A stretch of 64,000 nt of DNA from Macrostomum lignano (taxonomy: Eukaryota). The notes beneath the pieces are model-generated. The model did not search any database. It was not told the origin of the DNA and saw nothing but the letters and a program-made list of their open reading frames with translations. Below are positions 34,833-49,152 of this stretch, one piece after another. The DNA lies in assembly GCA_002269645.1 (NCBI GenBank), contig NIVC01000084.1:930001-994000 (forward strand), in the 5' to 3' direction. Position 1 is the first letter of the stretch. Each line of letters opens with the position of its first letter. Made by a program: the position numbers and the translations under genes.

Positions 34833-35143
34833 TTTTTTCTAACCGTAAGCTTTATCGCATTTTACACGATTACTGCTGACACTAAATTCTATATTTCATA
34901 GTTTCATAGCCTCTGCCATAGATAATACTGTACGCCAGGTTACCCCCGCCGCAATTCTTTGTAAATCAACAATAAATTAAAAAGTTCGCAAATTCCAAGC
35001 TGCTTTTCGTACTTTTTACGTCGCGACCAAAATCTATCTACGGTAGAACTTGATGCACGCGCTTGAGTCGCATTCATTTGGGACTTGTGTGTGCACGAAA
35101 ATTGGCCGGGTCGCCGGGAGGTTGTCGTGAGATTCGCACCCAT

Positions 35144-35345
35144 GAGGGCCAACCACCAGGACAGAGAGTGCACATTCCTGTCTAATAGAAAGTTAGGGCC
35201 GATGTGTGCGTTGAGGGCCAATCACCAGGACAGAGAGTGCACATTCCTGTCTAATAGAAAGTTAGGGCCGATGTGTGCGTTGAGGGCCAATCACCAGGAC
35301 AGAGATGAGTGCACATGCCTGTCTAATAGAAAGTTAGGGCCGATG
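35144..35345. repeat. Tandem repeat, 69-bp unit, ~3 copies
   Basis: GAGGGCCAA(C/T)CACCAGGACAGAGAGTGCAC... recurs at 35144, 35213 and 35282. Confidence 0.92.
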
Positions 35346-36011
35346 TACACCTAGTGCGTGTCTGTGAAACAGTATTCGTCTACACTCGTATGCTCAGGCG
35401 TCAGCGTAATGGGCAGAGTAGCATTTATAAGTACGGTACGCAGCAATGGCGTTTCAAGGAATTGTAAAACTCCAACATCAATTTATACCTTGTTTAACTG
35501 AGTATTCAGTTCAGGTGTAATAGATTTAAAACTAAATCTATATATTTTGGCAAGTAAAACAGAATCAGCTTCAAAATGAAGATAATAGAAAAGTAAAAAT
35601 GGGTCAATCTAAGCAAAATTAAATGCCGCCAAAACAGACAAAATTTGTATTAGTAGTTAACAATGGTTTTAACAAGGATACTATTGGCGAAAGCGACAAG
35701 AAGTTAAATGGAGCATTTTTAATCGAATTTTAATATTCGTATTTGACCTAGCTTAATTTGAATGATCATTGAGCACAGTATGATAAAACGTGCATGGAAG
35801 ACCTACAGAGTCGCGGAGTTGAACAAACTGTAAGACTAAACTACTATCACGTGACTTTAACCTCAGCCAATCAAATTCGGCGTCCTTTATGTCGCGTCTC
35901 TTGTACAACTGAAATAAAAGGACGCCACAACTGCAAGCCGTTGGTACGAAACACGTGCTTCACTTGTAACTCGAAAACGTCTAACTATCGAGCTGAATCC
36001 ATGCTAAGCGG

Positions 36012-39000
36012 TCACACCACTTTGTGCTCACAAGGCCGGTCACCGCAGTGCGGATGCACGAACGCTCGCTCAATACCTTCGATTTGTTCCAGCCTTTGTT
36101 GCAGCTTCTCTGCGACATCGTGCGCCAAGCGCAGCGGAGTGTCCGGCGCCAACTGGATAGACACCTCGGCCAGGCATTGAACTCCGTGATGAAAAGCCGT
36201 CGCAGAGCAAACTCCAGTGATTAGTGGGCTGTGATTGGCGCTAGCAAATATTAGCAGTTGCAATAGTTTGTGATCGGCGCATCGACCAGTTAGCAAACGG
36301 ATCTGATGCAGTAGGACTCGAATCCAGGACTGTGCTATAAACAGAGCTATAACAGCGGCGCCGATAGGGTCTAAGTAGGGCCAGAGATAGCGCGCCGCAG
36401 CCGCTGAGCCGAGCGCTAACGAACTGCAGACAATGTCGTTGAAATGAGCGACAGCCAGAATGCGACCGCTGTGACTGCCGCGAGTGCGACTGCTGGCCAG
36501 GCAGGCTGTCAGCAGGACTGCCTTCACGGCCACAGATGCGCCAACGAGGGCCACGACCGTTGGTGTCAGCTCGGAGACGCCTGAAAATGAGATTAATGCA
36601 TGAAGATGAAAATGAGATTGAGGCTAGGAGCTGTAGAGTTCGTCGGCACTCGCCTATAGTCTTCACTATTCGAGCTTTCATCGGTTTTGTCCAACTACGA
36701 CATTCACCGACGCTGCAATTGCCGACGTCGCCGCATCGACATTCGACTTGCAATCCTACATTTCGCACGCTTCGGTTGCTGCCGGCAGATTGCGCCAAGG
36801 CGACAGTCGCCTCTCCGCCAGCTCGGACCAGCATTTGCACCGTGGCTGTTGCCATGACAACGGCTAGAACAACGATGGCTACCTGTTTTGTCCAACGAAA
36901 AACGATTACTGTGTATAATTCTGGATAATTCTAGAATAAAAAATCTTTTAAACAATATACTGAAGTAGGATTGCTATTGGATTAAGCACAAGCATTCTGT
37001 AATATATGGATTAGCTTTGACGCAAATGCAAAAACTACCTAGGTACATAGGTAAATCAAGGTGATTTCACAAAGGCCCTAAATTTCGTGAACATTGCCTA
37101 AAAGATTCGTCAAAGTGGATTTTGAACTTTTTATCGAAACTGAAGGCGTCCTGGAGAGAAATTAACGTCTAGTGAAACCTTTAATAGACAATAAATACAT
37201 GTATATATTAACAGTAGGAATGCCAAGCCATTTTTTAGTCCGTCGAACTACCAAGGGGAGGGGAATTTCCCCACCGGCCCCTGAAAATTTTTTTTGCTGT
37301 GCCGGAACGGAGCAACGCAGGCGAACGAAATTCAAGAACTCTGACTAACTTTTTATTGCGCACCTTTTCAAACAAGAATCAAGTCGCTCGCTTTCCGGAC
37401 CGTCTGGATATTCGACGATTCAGCCAGAAGGTCTGATTTTTCCCAATAAGCGCCAGTGTATTCAATGAACCCCTGTGCGCCAATCAGCACTGCGCCTCTG
37501 TACAGCCTTGCCAAGACTCCAAATTTCACCAGCACGTCGACCACATATGTCTGCATCAGCTGTAGCTTCGTTGGTCACTAGCCTTCACCCAGGCGGAGCT
37601 TCTGGACCTTCAACAGATGGCACCAGGTCCGGAGGGCGGGCGACTTGGTTGTTGTTTGAGAAGGTGCGCAATAAAAAGTTAGTCAGAGTTCTTGAATTTC
37701 GTGTGCCAGCGTTGCTCCGTTCTGGCGCAGCAAAAAAATTGTCTGGAGGGAAACCCCCTTGGTAGTTCTACTGTTAAAAATATCAGGTTTCTCACCGGCT
37801 CGAGTCGAGTCCGACCCTGCGGATACGAGTACCGAAATCGTCGCCTAGTTTTCTGACTCGCCCGCCAAACGACAAAACCGCTGAGCAGCTGCAGGCTAGA
37901 CTCAATTAGAGAGGCTACAACGGCTAGAGAGCCGGACAGGGCCACAGCTGCTGCTTTGCAGCCGCCCAATAGAATATTGGCCAGCACAGAAGCTTCAGCT
38001 TGTCGACGAACCGTCCAAACTGCTGCCGGTGTTGATACCGGTGACCATGGCGACTTAGGCGTAATCGTCCTGTGATCGTGGGTTTTTGCAGAGGTGCACA
38101 CGTGAGGTGGACTCTTACTGATTCTGCTTTGGTTCGAGAAAAAAATTTAAATTCATTTTAATTTTCAATGTTTTTTTCAACAATTCTATCGCGCTTTACT
38201 TCCTTGCACTAACCATATCTAAATGCGTCATCTGTTTTTTGTTTTTTTCATGTGTATTCATTAATTTTTCGCACTTGCTCAAAATTATCGCACAATATAC
38301 TAATCAGATTTATAAGTTAGTCACACAGGCTGGCTAGCCTTAGCCCTTTTGCTACATTATAGGCTATTAAAGGTTCTGCACTGGCTGCTAAAACGGTATG
38401 CTTGGTATTTCTTGTCTGTCTACTCCAACCCACTCCAGTTTATCGACCCCTTTGCCCCAGTGTTTGCAGCCTATATATAGCTTTGTGTGTTGTGCATTTA
38501 CAAGCGCTCTGGTGCGATTTGATTGGCTGGGTAAAGGGTTCAGCTAGCCTAGGCTTGGGGTAGAGGTCGTTGGATGACTCACTCCTTTAATCCTAATCGA
38601 TATCAGTGCGCCGGCTTTCCACGCTCTTTTTCGCTATTTGCTTAACCGGCCTTACAATCGCTTATCTTGAAATTTGTTCTTTATCAGTTTTACAGCGCGA
38701 CATAAAACGGCTGATAAGGGTAATTACTTCTTAATTACTTATTCATGGACGTGGATCTTGTGTGCACTGTTCTGTGAGTCTTTGTTCCTCTTTGCCAGTC
38801 ATTTTCCGTCTTTGTCTCTCTCTGCCCAAACTGTTAGGTCAGTATACCTTTCGTTTGATACAAATTAAAATTTTATACTCAAACTTGCACAATGAAATAA
38901 CTATAGTACCTTGTAGCTATGGTTTTCTACGTAATCAAGAAGTAGAAATTCAAGCCTAATAGACAATATCTACCTTGCAATCGGAGACAAGTTATTTTGC

Positions 39001-39272
39001 TCAGCGCTGCCGTCCCCATTGTCGCTAGTTGTGCGCTCTCTTTGATTCTGACTATCATTCTCTTCTTCACTATTGTTGTGATCGTTGCCTGAACCAACCA
39101 AGTTCTGATAGGCGTTCAGTAGTTCAGTCTGTTGGCGATGATAGCGCTTCAGACCGGCGCTAGGGCGCTCAATTCGAGCCGATGCTTCAGCCGGAGCCGG
39201 ATAGATGTTTAGCCAGGACAGATTTCGTCTATTGTTAGCATTTATAAATGGCGACTGGCTTTCATGAGTCAT
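36012..39272 (-). CDS. Cation diffusion facilitator, Mn-CDF / metal-tolerance-protein (MTP8-11-like) type; exons 39272-38974, 38123-37796, 36882-36708, 36580-36012 (~456 aa)
   Basis: Family motifs: RY...Q.ELL..Y, S..AN..L...K..A...SGSLAV.AS, Y.YPQGRTRLEP, DP.GA..IA.FI..SW, G..AEV.I.L..D.PL..AHD..E.LQ..LEQ...IERAFVH. Intron phases 2,0,1 are consistent and the total of 1371 nt is divisible by 3. The exon-3 donor (G|GTGAAT) is the least certain. Confidence 0.85.
37240..37773. mobile_element. MITE/foldback element (~530 bp, ~150-bp imperfect TIRs) in CDF intron 2
   Basis: GAACTACCAAGGGG...GAAATTCAAGAACTCTGACTAACTTTTTATTGCGCACCTT pairs with AAGGTGCGCAATAAAAAGTTAGTCAGAGTTCTTGAATTTC...CCCCTTGGTAGTTC. 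No clear TSD. Confidence 0.8.
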
Positions 39273-41714
39273 CACTGACTGAAATCGTCAAGTTTGCTTG
39301 GTATTAATTATTATTTCGAATATATTTTCAAAGATTAGTATGCTTTTATTTAGCTAATAAATCTACTTGAGGAAGGTATTAAGCAGATAGAAATTAAAAA
39401 GTTGCTATTCTACAAGTTCCATAAGATGCAATATATATTATTAGAGTTTTTTTTCAATATAGCTGATAGTATAAAGATTTTTTTCAGTTTAGCAAGATGT
39501 CTAACTTGTGTTCTATATGCTACAATAAATATTTAACTTCAAGTAAAATTTATCAAATAATTTAGTAGAGCTATGGTCTATGAAAGGAAAAAAATAAAAC
39601 TTAGTGAAAAAAATTCAGCAAATAACCTATCAGCTAAATGATAGCTACTATAAATAGACCAATTTAAATAACATTAACAAAGTATGGCAGTATTAAAAAT
39701 CAATTTAATTCTTTCTGAATCAAACAGAATTTTAGGAAAAATTTTAAAATAAGGCATATATTTATGCATTTAATATACCTTATTAGCATTTTAAAGTAGC
39801 TTTTTAACATACTACCATAGTTAAAAAATAATGCAGCTGTTCTTATTTTATAAAATGTGCACTGGGACTAACACAACTCTATCAAATGTATCATTGAATT
39901 ATATGCAGTACCCTGTGTGAAATATTGCGGCCTAACTATTTTAGACAAAAATCTGTATGTATAATAAAAATAGTAAAAGTCTGAAGAAGTTTTGATCTTC
40001 TTTCATAAAAGTTAATATTCAATAACTTGCTGTTTGTATCCATTTCGAAGGTCCAAAATTACAATTATATTGCGATTTCTCGGGAAACTGCCCAATTTGA
40101 ACTGTACAATTTTGCATTTGCGTTTTTTACTGATTTAAACAAAGAGCAAATGAATTTGCTGTAGGTAATATTGCTGTTTCTGCTGTTATACTTTGTTCGA
40201 AGTATGTCTAACATCAAAGAAGTGGATTATCTCAATAGAAGCCTGATTTCAATACTTAAACCATATTTTAACGTTAATGAGTACGTAGTGCAGTGTACGT
40301 ACGGACGTTAACATTAACACGTACATATATTGTACCTGAATAATTTTATCGCTTCTCTTAACTGAAACACTAATTCTGAAAGTCTGAAACTTTACTTCTG
40401 AAACTTCGATCTTCTTCAAAGGCTCGCTTTGCTGCACGAATCATTAAATTGGTTTTTTACTTCGGGCCATAACAATTTTACTAAAAAACACACAGCACTG
40501 CGAGTATATTGAAAAGCTTTAATTGCTGGCGAGTTCAGATAGTTGCATAGCTTTTGTTCACTTTAGGTTATTGACAACAATCTACATGTACTGAATAGCC
40601 GATTTTTTCAGGATTTTTTATAAGATAAAGGATTTTAAGTATTGTGTGTTTTTTTATTCTAGGAGTTCAAAATAAATGTCTACATACAGTATATATGTAC
40701 GGTATGGGAGGATATTTTAACATATGCAAATTTATTACTCATTGACAAGCCCGTCTCATTGAATTATATAGTGCGTACAGCTTCTGGCGTAACCTACAAA
40801 TAAGCTTTATTTTCGTAACCATCTTCAGCATCTTAATTTATCAGTACAGTAAGTACTCTTCAGTGCCATCCTCCAGAATAACTTTCAATTTGTGCGGTTT
40901 GGGTGTAGCATCCTACCAACAATTATGTCCATGTATTTAATTAAGTCGCCCTTGTTATTTTAATTGTTAAGTCGGAGAAATACATGTATGGATGCGCCAG
41001 ATCGAATCTTCAGTCAAAAGATCTAGAATTCCTGATCTGGAAGCACTGTAATTATCGGTCAGCAGAAGCACCAAAATGTTCAGTCAAAAGAGCCTGGGTT
41101 CCATATGATGCGCCAGTTTGTTTGAAAGCGCATCGCGGATTTTGTAATTTGTTCAAAACAAACAACAGATAAAAGTTCGAATTTTCGATCCATGCAGATT
41201 TTTGGTCGTAATTCTTATTGCATAAAACTACAGCTGTCCTGGAAAAAATGTCCTGAAAATATGGTAAACTGCATGTATGCTTTAGCGTATATTTGCATCT
41301 CATTATGCGAATGCAGGATCAAGTTAGAAACTATAGTACGTGGAGCGAGTTAGTGAGTGCACAATTAGGTGATGAAAATATGCACGCTTTGCAATCCAAA
41401 CCGATCGAGTTTGCGTCGAGAAAGTTTTTCTGCAAAGAAACTCATCTTTTTTTAATGTAAGAGTTAATTAATATTCTAGACATGTACATAAAAATTTAAT
41501 AAGACTTTGTATTCTAGCAGCTTTGGACATTGGCATGGTAAATCATGCGCAATTAATATTTTCTTTATTTTATACTATTAGTATGTCACTTAAAAGTAGG
41601 CAGGTACGAGCATGTCACGTATTTTAGAGATTTTCTAGATGCCATCGAATGAAATTCTGTATAGGCTTTATAGGCTATTTCGAGGGTCTATATATGGTGG
41701 GTCCTAAAAAACTT

Positions 41715-42030
41715 AGATCTAGTGCAGGTTTTCTGAGAGATCTAGTGTGTGTATTCTGAGGGATCTATAGTGCGGGTATTCTGAGAGATCTAGTGTGTGT
41801 ATTCTGAGGGATCTATAGTGCGGGTATTCTGAGAGATCTAGTGTGTGTATTCTGAGGGATCTATAGTGCGGGTATTCTGAGAGATCTAGTGCGGGTATTC
41901 TGAGAATTCTAGTTTGGGTATTCTGAGATATCTCGTGTGGGTATTCTGAACGATCTATAGTTCGGGTATTCTAAGAGATCTAGTGTGGGTATTCTGAGAA
42001 TTCTAGTTTGGGTATTCTGAGAGATCTATC
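41715..42030. repeat. Minisatellite, 24/26-bp alternating units
   Basis: GTATTCTGAGAGATCTAGTGTGT and GTATTCTGAGGGATCTATAGTGCGG variants. Confidence 0.88.
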
Positions 42031-42539
42031 TATAGTAGTGAGAGACAATAGAAGAGACAAGCAAAATTGGAACATTCGATCGTTAATCATACTATGAGAG
42101 ATCTGAGTCACACTAGACTAAATCCACTAAATTCCGGGTTAGCTGCCGAAGAATGAGCAAAAATGGGTACAGTTTTAGTCGGCGCGCGTAATTATGAATT
42201 CAAAATTATCATGTCGTGCTGTGTTTTTTGAGTTGCTTCTTTTTATGCAGCCAAGAGCGGCTAATTTAGAAGCCCGTCCAATTAAAAACTCGCACGAAAT
42301 ATTGCATTGCTCGACGGAGTTAAATTGTTTTTAATTGCTTGCTTAATTATGCTAAACTTAAATTCTAAGGGTGGAGCGTGGTCTCTGATGCGTTGCTCAT
42401 TATAAAAATGTTCTACGAGGAATAAAATTGGCTGTCCCAGCTCAATTATGCTTAAGCTGTTGCTTGATTCATAATTTACGCTTGTAGAATTGCTGCAAAA
42501 TTAAAAACGGTTTCTAAGGGCGCTAATAGAAGGGCAGAG

Positions 42540-42850
42540 TTGCTAGGGACGCTACTTAAGAGACAGATTTCTTCGGACGTTATAGATGATTGATTGCTAG
42601 GGATGCTATAAAAGAGGACACGGTTGCTAGGGACGCTCTAGAAAGGGACACGGTTTCTAAGGATGCGATAGAAAGGGACATCGTTTCTAGGGACGCTACA
42701 GAAAGGGACACGGTTGCTGGGGATGCTATAGAAAGGGACACGGTTGCTAGATATGCTATAGAAAAGGACACGGTTGCTAGGGACGCTACAGAAAGGTGCA
42801 CGGTTGCTAGGGACCCTATAGAGAGGGACAATGTTGCTAGGGGACATGGT
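42540..42850. repeat. Minisatellite, 30-bp unit
   Basis: GTTGCTAGGGACGCTATAGAAAGGGACACG and variants. Confidence 0.9.
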
Positions 42851-43540
42851 TGCTGGGGGTAGAGTGCGATACGAGACATGGTTGCTTAGAATGCAAGCCT
42901 CATATAACTTCTTCCACAAAGTATTTTGAATCTTCTGTACTATCGATTGAGCTATAGAAATTATCCATCCATAAAAGTATTTTTGACCACACAGAAATGC
43001 TACAACATGTCTACAAAGTTATGAATTGGTACAAAATCGGGCATGCTTGATAAACATGCTTGTCCAATTCGCAAAATTTTCCTCTGCACTTGTCAGAAAT
43101 CTCCTCGTCTTAGCATAATGCAGCATTATCTATCTAGACTCTCCACTGCAAGCCGACAACTCAATGGGGTGTTTAGTGCGGTTCTTGCTTGCCGAGCATA
43201 TGCGAATGAATGCCCGAGAGCTGTGTTCACCGCCAGTGCTCATCTCCGCTCCCCCCACTTCATGTCCAGCGCCAACACCCCCAACCTCCCTAAGCCCCTG
43301 GATTCCGTAGGGGGCGATTAGATCGGAATCGCTCTGGAGCTCCCCCTTGGCTGCAAATTAGCCCGCTGGGGATCGGCCGATGGGAAAAATAGGAATTCGA
43401 CAAGCAGAAAGCCAAGGAGGCTCTAGGGGAGGGAGGCTGCTGAGCTGCCCGAAATCCGACTGTCCCAGTCAATTAGCTGGGTGGAGTTGTTGCTATGCGG
43501 ATCAAGACTTATCCGTTCTGTCTGCTACTGGGCAGTGCGG

Positions 43541-44930
<1,390 letters not shown>

Positions 44931-45474
44931 CTGTTTTTTAGTCTATCTGAGACTTAATTCTGCCTCCCCGTTCGAGTATAGTAATTAGCTCTTTCACAAA
45001 AGCTGCAGTCATGACTTCCCTTTCTTCCTCAAGACAACGCGGTCGCCCTCATTAGGGAATTCCGTATTTCTGCTAGAAGCCTCACAAGACGCGCACTTCA
45101 AAGCCTTCGAACCCTCCCTCAAGTCCTGAGCTCGCATTGAGTCGAGAATTATGAATTTCAGCAACAACATCTGCCTGCAGCTTGAAATTTATCTCCTCAG
45201 GCCCAGATGCAGCAGCTGATGGTGCACGGAGAGCCCCTTGGGAACTCGACTGCTCAGCCTGCTGCTGCATGCTGCACCTTCATCTTAGTGCGCAGCCTCC
45301 CCAGTTTCCAGCCTCCTGTTGCTAAGCGCTACAGCAGCTGCGGCATCGTAGATTAGCTAGTAGGAATCTTTAGCAGCAGTTGATCAATGTTTAATTCAAG
45401 AGTAGCGAACATGCAGGGTTCAGTTCGCCTGATTCCAGTTGTTAGTCCCAATTTTGCATATCGCTAAATGTTAA

Positions 45475-46190
45475 TCCTAAAGTGGACACCCTGCTATATT
45501 AAAAGTAGACTACTACACATATTATAAAGTGGATACCTGACTGATAAAGTAGACACCCCACATATCCTAAGGTGGACACCCCATTTATCCTAAAGTGGAC
45601 ACCCTGGTGTCATAAATTGGACACCTCACATATCATAAAGTGGACAACCTGATATAAAGCGGACACCTGATGTATATTCTTAAGTAGACACCCACATATC
45701 CTAAAGTGGAAACCCTGATATCGTGAAGTTTATCTTCTTACACCCCACATACACCCCACATACCCCAAAGTGGACACCCCATATATCATTAAAGTGGACA
45801 CCCCACATCATAAAGTGGACATTCCACATATTATAAAGTGGACACCCCACATCATAAAGTGGACATTCCACATATTATAAAGTGGACACCCCACATATCA
45901 TTAAAGTGGACACCCTGGTATTATAAAGTGGACACCCCACATATCCTAAAGTGGACACCCCACATATCCTAAAGTGGACACCCCACATATCCTAAAGTGG
46001 ACACCCAGGTATCATAAAGTGGACACCCCACATATCCTAAAGTGGACACCCAACATATCATAAAGTGGACACCCTGGTATCATAAAGTGGACACCCCACA
46101 TATCATAAAGTGGACACCCCACATATCATAAAGTGGACTCCCACATATCCTAAAGTGGACACCCTGGAATCATAAAGTGGACACCCCACA
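45475..46190. repeat. Minisatellite, ~23-25-bp unit
   Basis: (C/T)ATAAAGTGGACACCCCACATAT and variants. Confidence 0.92.
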
Positions 46191-46761
46191 CAAGGGGATA
46201 GCTTCGAACTGAATCAGACACCCCTGCATTAAATAGGACAGTCACACCTTGTTGAAGCAATTAAGCTCCTGTTTTCAAGTTATTACTTTTTCTAATCCTC
46301 ATTTATCTTTTTAACACACGGAGCACAATCACAATTTACGGGTGTATTATTGAGCACGCACAGATAAAATGTGAAACAAAACACGTAAAATTGCTATAAC
46401 AGAAATTCATATTGAAAAAATAAACCTATGTGAAATGAAACAGATGCGAGATCTGCCTCAAGTGAGACATATAGATAAGAAATAGTGGATTTACATATAT
46501 CAATATTCTACATTTCTCTACATTATGTGCCTACATACTTTAGAAGCTTATAACAATTGCAAAACTACTTTTAAAAAACTCTTTACGAACGCGAGTAAGC
46601 TGAGTTGAAAAGTTTTGAATTGATGAAAAGCAATGCAAATTAAATCTATATGATATACACAACAGAAATCTGTGCAGTCTAGTTTTTTCTGAAAATTTAA
46701 AACTCCTTTATGAAGCATTAACGAGATTAATTTGGTCCATTGCACAATTATTAAGCATTAT

Positions 46762-47672
46762 TGGGACTCTCACAGCGCCAGGTGGGACTCTTAAAGCGCC
46801 AAATTGGACTCTCAAGACGCCAAATGGGACTCTCAAGACGCCAAATGGGACTCTCAAGACGCCAAATGGGACTCTCAAGACGCCAAATGGGACTCTCAAG
46901 ACGCCAAATGGGACTCTCAAGACGCCAAATGGGACTCTCAAGACGCCAAATGGGACACTCAAGACGCCAAATGGGACTCTAAAGGCGCCAAATGGGACTC
47001 TCACGGCGACAAATGGGACTCTCACGGCGACAAATGGGACTCTCAAGGCGCCAAATGGGACTCTCAAGACACCAAATGGGACTCTCAAGACGCCAAATGG
47101 GACACTCAAGACGCCAAATGGGACTCTCAAGACGCCAAATGGGACTCACAAGACGCCAAATGGGACACTCAAGACGACAAATGGGACTCTCAAGACGCCA
47201 AATTAGACTCTCAAGACGCCAAATGGGACTCTCAAGACGCCAAATGGGACTCTCAAGACGCCAAATGGGACTCTCAAGACGCCAAATGAGACTCTCAAGA
47301 CGCCAAATGAGACTCTCGAGGCGCTTAATGGGACGCTCGAGGCGCCAAATGGGACTCTCACGGAGACAAATGGGACTCTCACGGCGACAAATGGGACTCT
47401 CACGGCGACAAATGGGACTCTCACGGCGACAAATGGGACTCTCACGGCGACAAATGGGACTCTCACGGCGACAAATGGGACTCTCACGGCGACAAATGGG
47501 ACTCTCACGGCGACAAATGGGACTCTCACGGCGACAAATGGGACTCTCACGGCGACAAATGGGACTCTCACGGCGACAAATGGGACTCTCAAGACGTCAA
47601 ATGGAATTTCGAGGCTCCAAATGGGACTCTCACGGCGCCAAACGGGACTCCCGAGGTGCGAAATGGGACTTA
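46762..47672. repeat. Minisatellite, 21-bp unit, two homogenised sub-blocks
   Basis: GGGACTCTCAAGACGCCAAAT in the first part and GGGACTCTCACGGCGACAAAT from ~47350. Confidence 0.97.
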
Positions 47673-47832
47673 TGAGACGCCTAAGTTCTCAGGTACCAGT
47701 TCTCAGGTAACTTCATTTTCAATAATCTAAAAATTTAATCTTCTATTGAAATCAATACACAAGCATACGATTAGGAGCAGTGGTATACAGGTATGTACGT
47801 TACAAGTTTATATCTACAAGGTCAAAACGATA

Positions 47833-49152
47833 TTAAAACTTAATCAGACTCAAGCACAGCAGCAGCAAGCTGCAGTACAGATGAGGCTCGCTTGCGCCCT
47901 TGTTGCTTTCTTGGCTCATCTGGTCGTTTCGGTAGCTCAGTCTGGTGTCGGTGAACTGCCAGTCTCGAATGACGCCGCCGTTGCCAACTCTGGACCGGCC
48001 CGGATACGCTGGCTGGCTTCGGCACCTGGCTGACGTGTCGCAATGTTGCCTCCGTCTTCTGGCCAGCTCTGAGCAGCGTTGCTCATTGCTGTCGCAGTTG
48101 GCCACCTGCCAGGGCTCGTAGGTGACGTACCTGGGCGAGAAACCGTAATCAGCCTGCCAGGTAGATTGGTTAGCCAAGCTAGCCGCCTGGCAACTGCACG
48201 GGAAGATGCTTCCAGTGAGGTTCAGCGCTCTTAGGCTGGTGATTTTACCGAGGGCGCACAGGTTCAAATCGTGCAGGACATTGTGCCGCAGGTACAAGGC
48301 TGCTAGACCACGGTCTCGGCTCATTAATGACATCGGCATGATGCTCTCTGAGGACGATGTCGAGTCAGTGTCCGTGTAGGCGTCGCTGCCCCCAAGTGCT
48401 TCTTCACCGTAACTGCCGCCGCCGCCACCAAGGCCGCAGAACGCTCTGGGCTGGATGAGCAGGTTCCTACGCAAAGTGCCGAGGTCAAGCACTATAAGCT
48501 TTCTTAGTCCGGCAAATGCGTAGTCTCTTACAGTGGAGATGTTGTTGAACTGCAAATAGAGGTGCGTCAGACTGCTCAGATGACGAATGTCCTCGGGTAT
48601 TTCCGACAGCCGGTTGTGACTGAGATAAAGTTGAGCAACAAATGGCGTATGCTGAAATGCTCCCTGATAGACAACTCGAATCTGATTGTCGTGAAGGATC
48701 AGCTCACGTAGTTGAGTCAATTCAGCGAGGTCATTTGAGGACAAGCTAGACAAAAGATTGTTAGACAGATTCAACGACTGAACGCCAATGATGCCTTTGA
48801 ATACGTTGGGTGAAATCCTGCGAACCAGCGAGTTTGTAACCTCGATTTTGCGCAAGTTCAGCACGCCCCAGGCGAACTGCAGACTTAGATTCGTTAGCGC
48901 CTGGTCCCTGACTCGCATTTCGTGGAAACTGTACGTCCACGATCGGGTCTCATAGTTGCTAGGCGAAAAATATGGAATTCGGCTGATGTAGTTCAACTGC
49001 GGCCGGTCCTGCTGGACGCATTTGATGCGCAGGTCGGTGCACTGGCATGGTTGCTGGGTTGGGCAGGTGGGCTTGGCCCCGGCCCTGTGCAGCGATTCCA
49101 CTAGCAGCAACGGAAACAGCAATTGCAGATAGCTAAGCGGCGGGAGCCGCAT
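47833..49152 (-). CDS. Single-exon leucine-rich-repeat cell-surface/secreted protein (signal peptide, LRRNT, ~8-9 LRRs, LRRCT-like, hydrophobic C-tail), 439 aa
   Basis: MRLPPLSYLQLLFPLLLVESL signal; CPTQQPCQC..L.IKC LRRNT; repeated LxxLxLxxNxL (QSLNLSNNLL, RELILHDNQI, AQLYLSHNRL, THLYLQFNNI); PCSC cap; C-terminal LYCSLLLLCLSLIKF. Confidence 0.9.
   Translation of the reverse strand: MRLPPLSYLQLLFPLLLVESLHRAGAKPTCPTQQPCQCTDLRIKCVQQDRPQLNYISRIPYFSPSNYETRSWTYSFHEMRVRDQALTNLSLQFAWGVLNLRKIEVTNSLVRRISPNVFKGIIGVQSLNLSNNLLSSLSSNDLAELTQLRELILHDNQIRVVYQGAFQHTPFVAQLYLSHNRLSEIPEDIRHLSSLTHLYLQFNNISTVRDYAFAGLRKLIVLDLGTLRRNLLIQPRAFCGLGGGGGSYGEEALGGSDAYTDTDSTSSSESIMPMSLMSRDRGLAALYLRHNVLHDLNLCALGKITSLRALNLTGSIFPCSCQAASLANQSTWQADYGFSPRYVTYEPWQVANCDSNEQRCSELARRRRQHCDTSARCRSQPAYPGRSRVGNGGVIRDWQFTDTRLSYRNDQMSQESNKGASEPHLYCSLLLLCLSLIKF

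Noticed and set aside
43300-43440. Loose GC-rich inverted repeats (CCCCCTTGGCT / AGCCAAGGAGG) suggesting a structured RNA
   Set aside because: The stems are short and mismatched, with no Pol III boxes or known RNA motif.
45000-45360. Q/A-rich minus-strand ORF fragment, possibly a gag remnant
   Set aside because: Multiple stops and no diagnostic motif (no CCHC, protease or RT).
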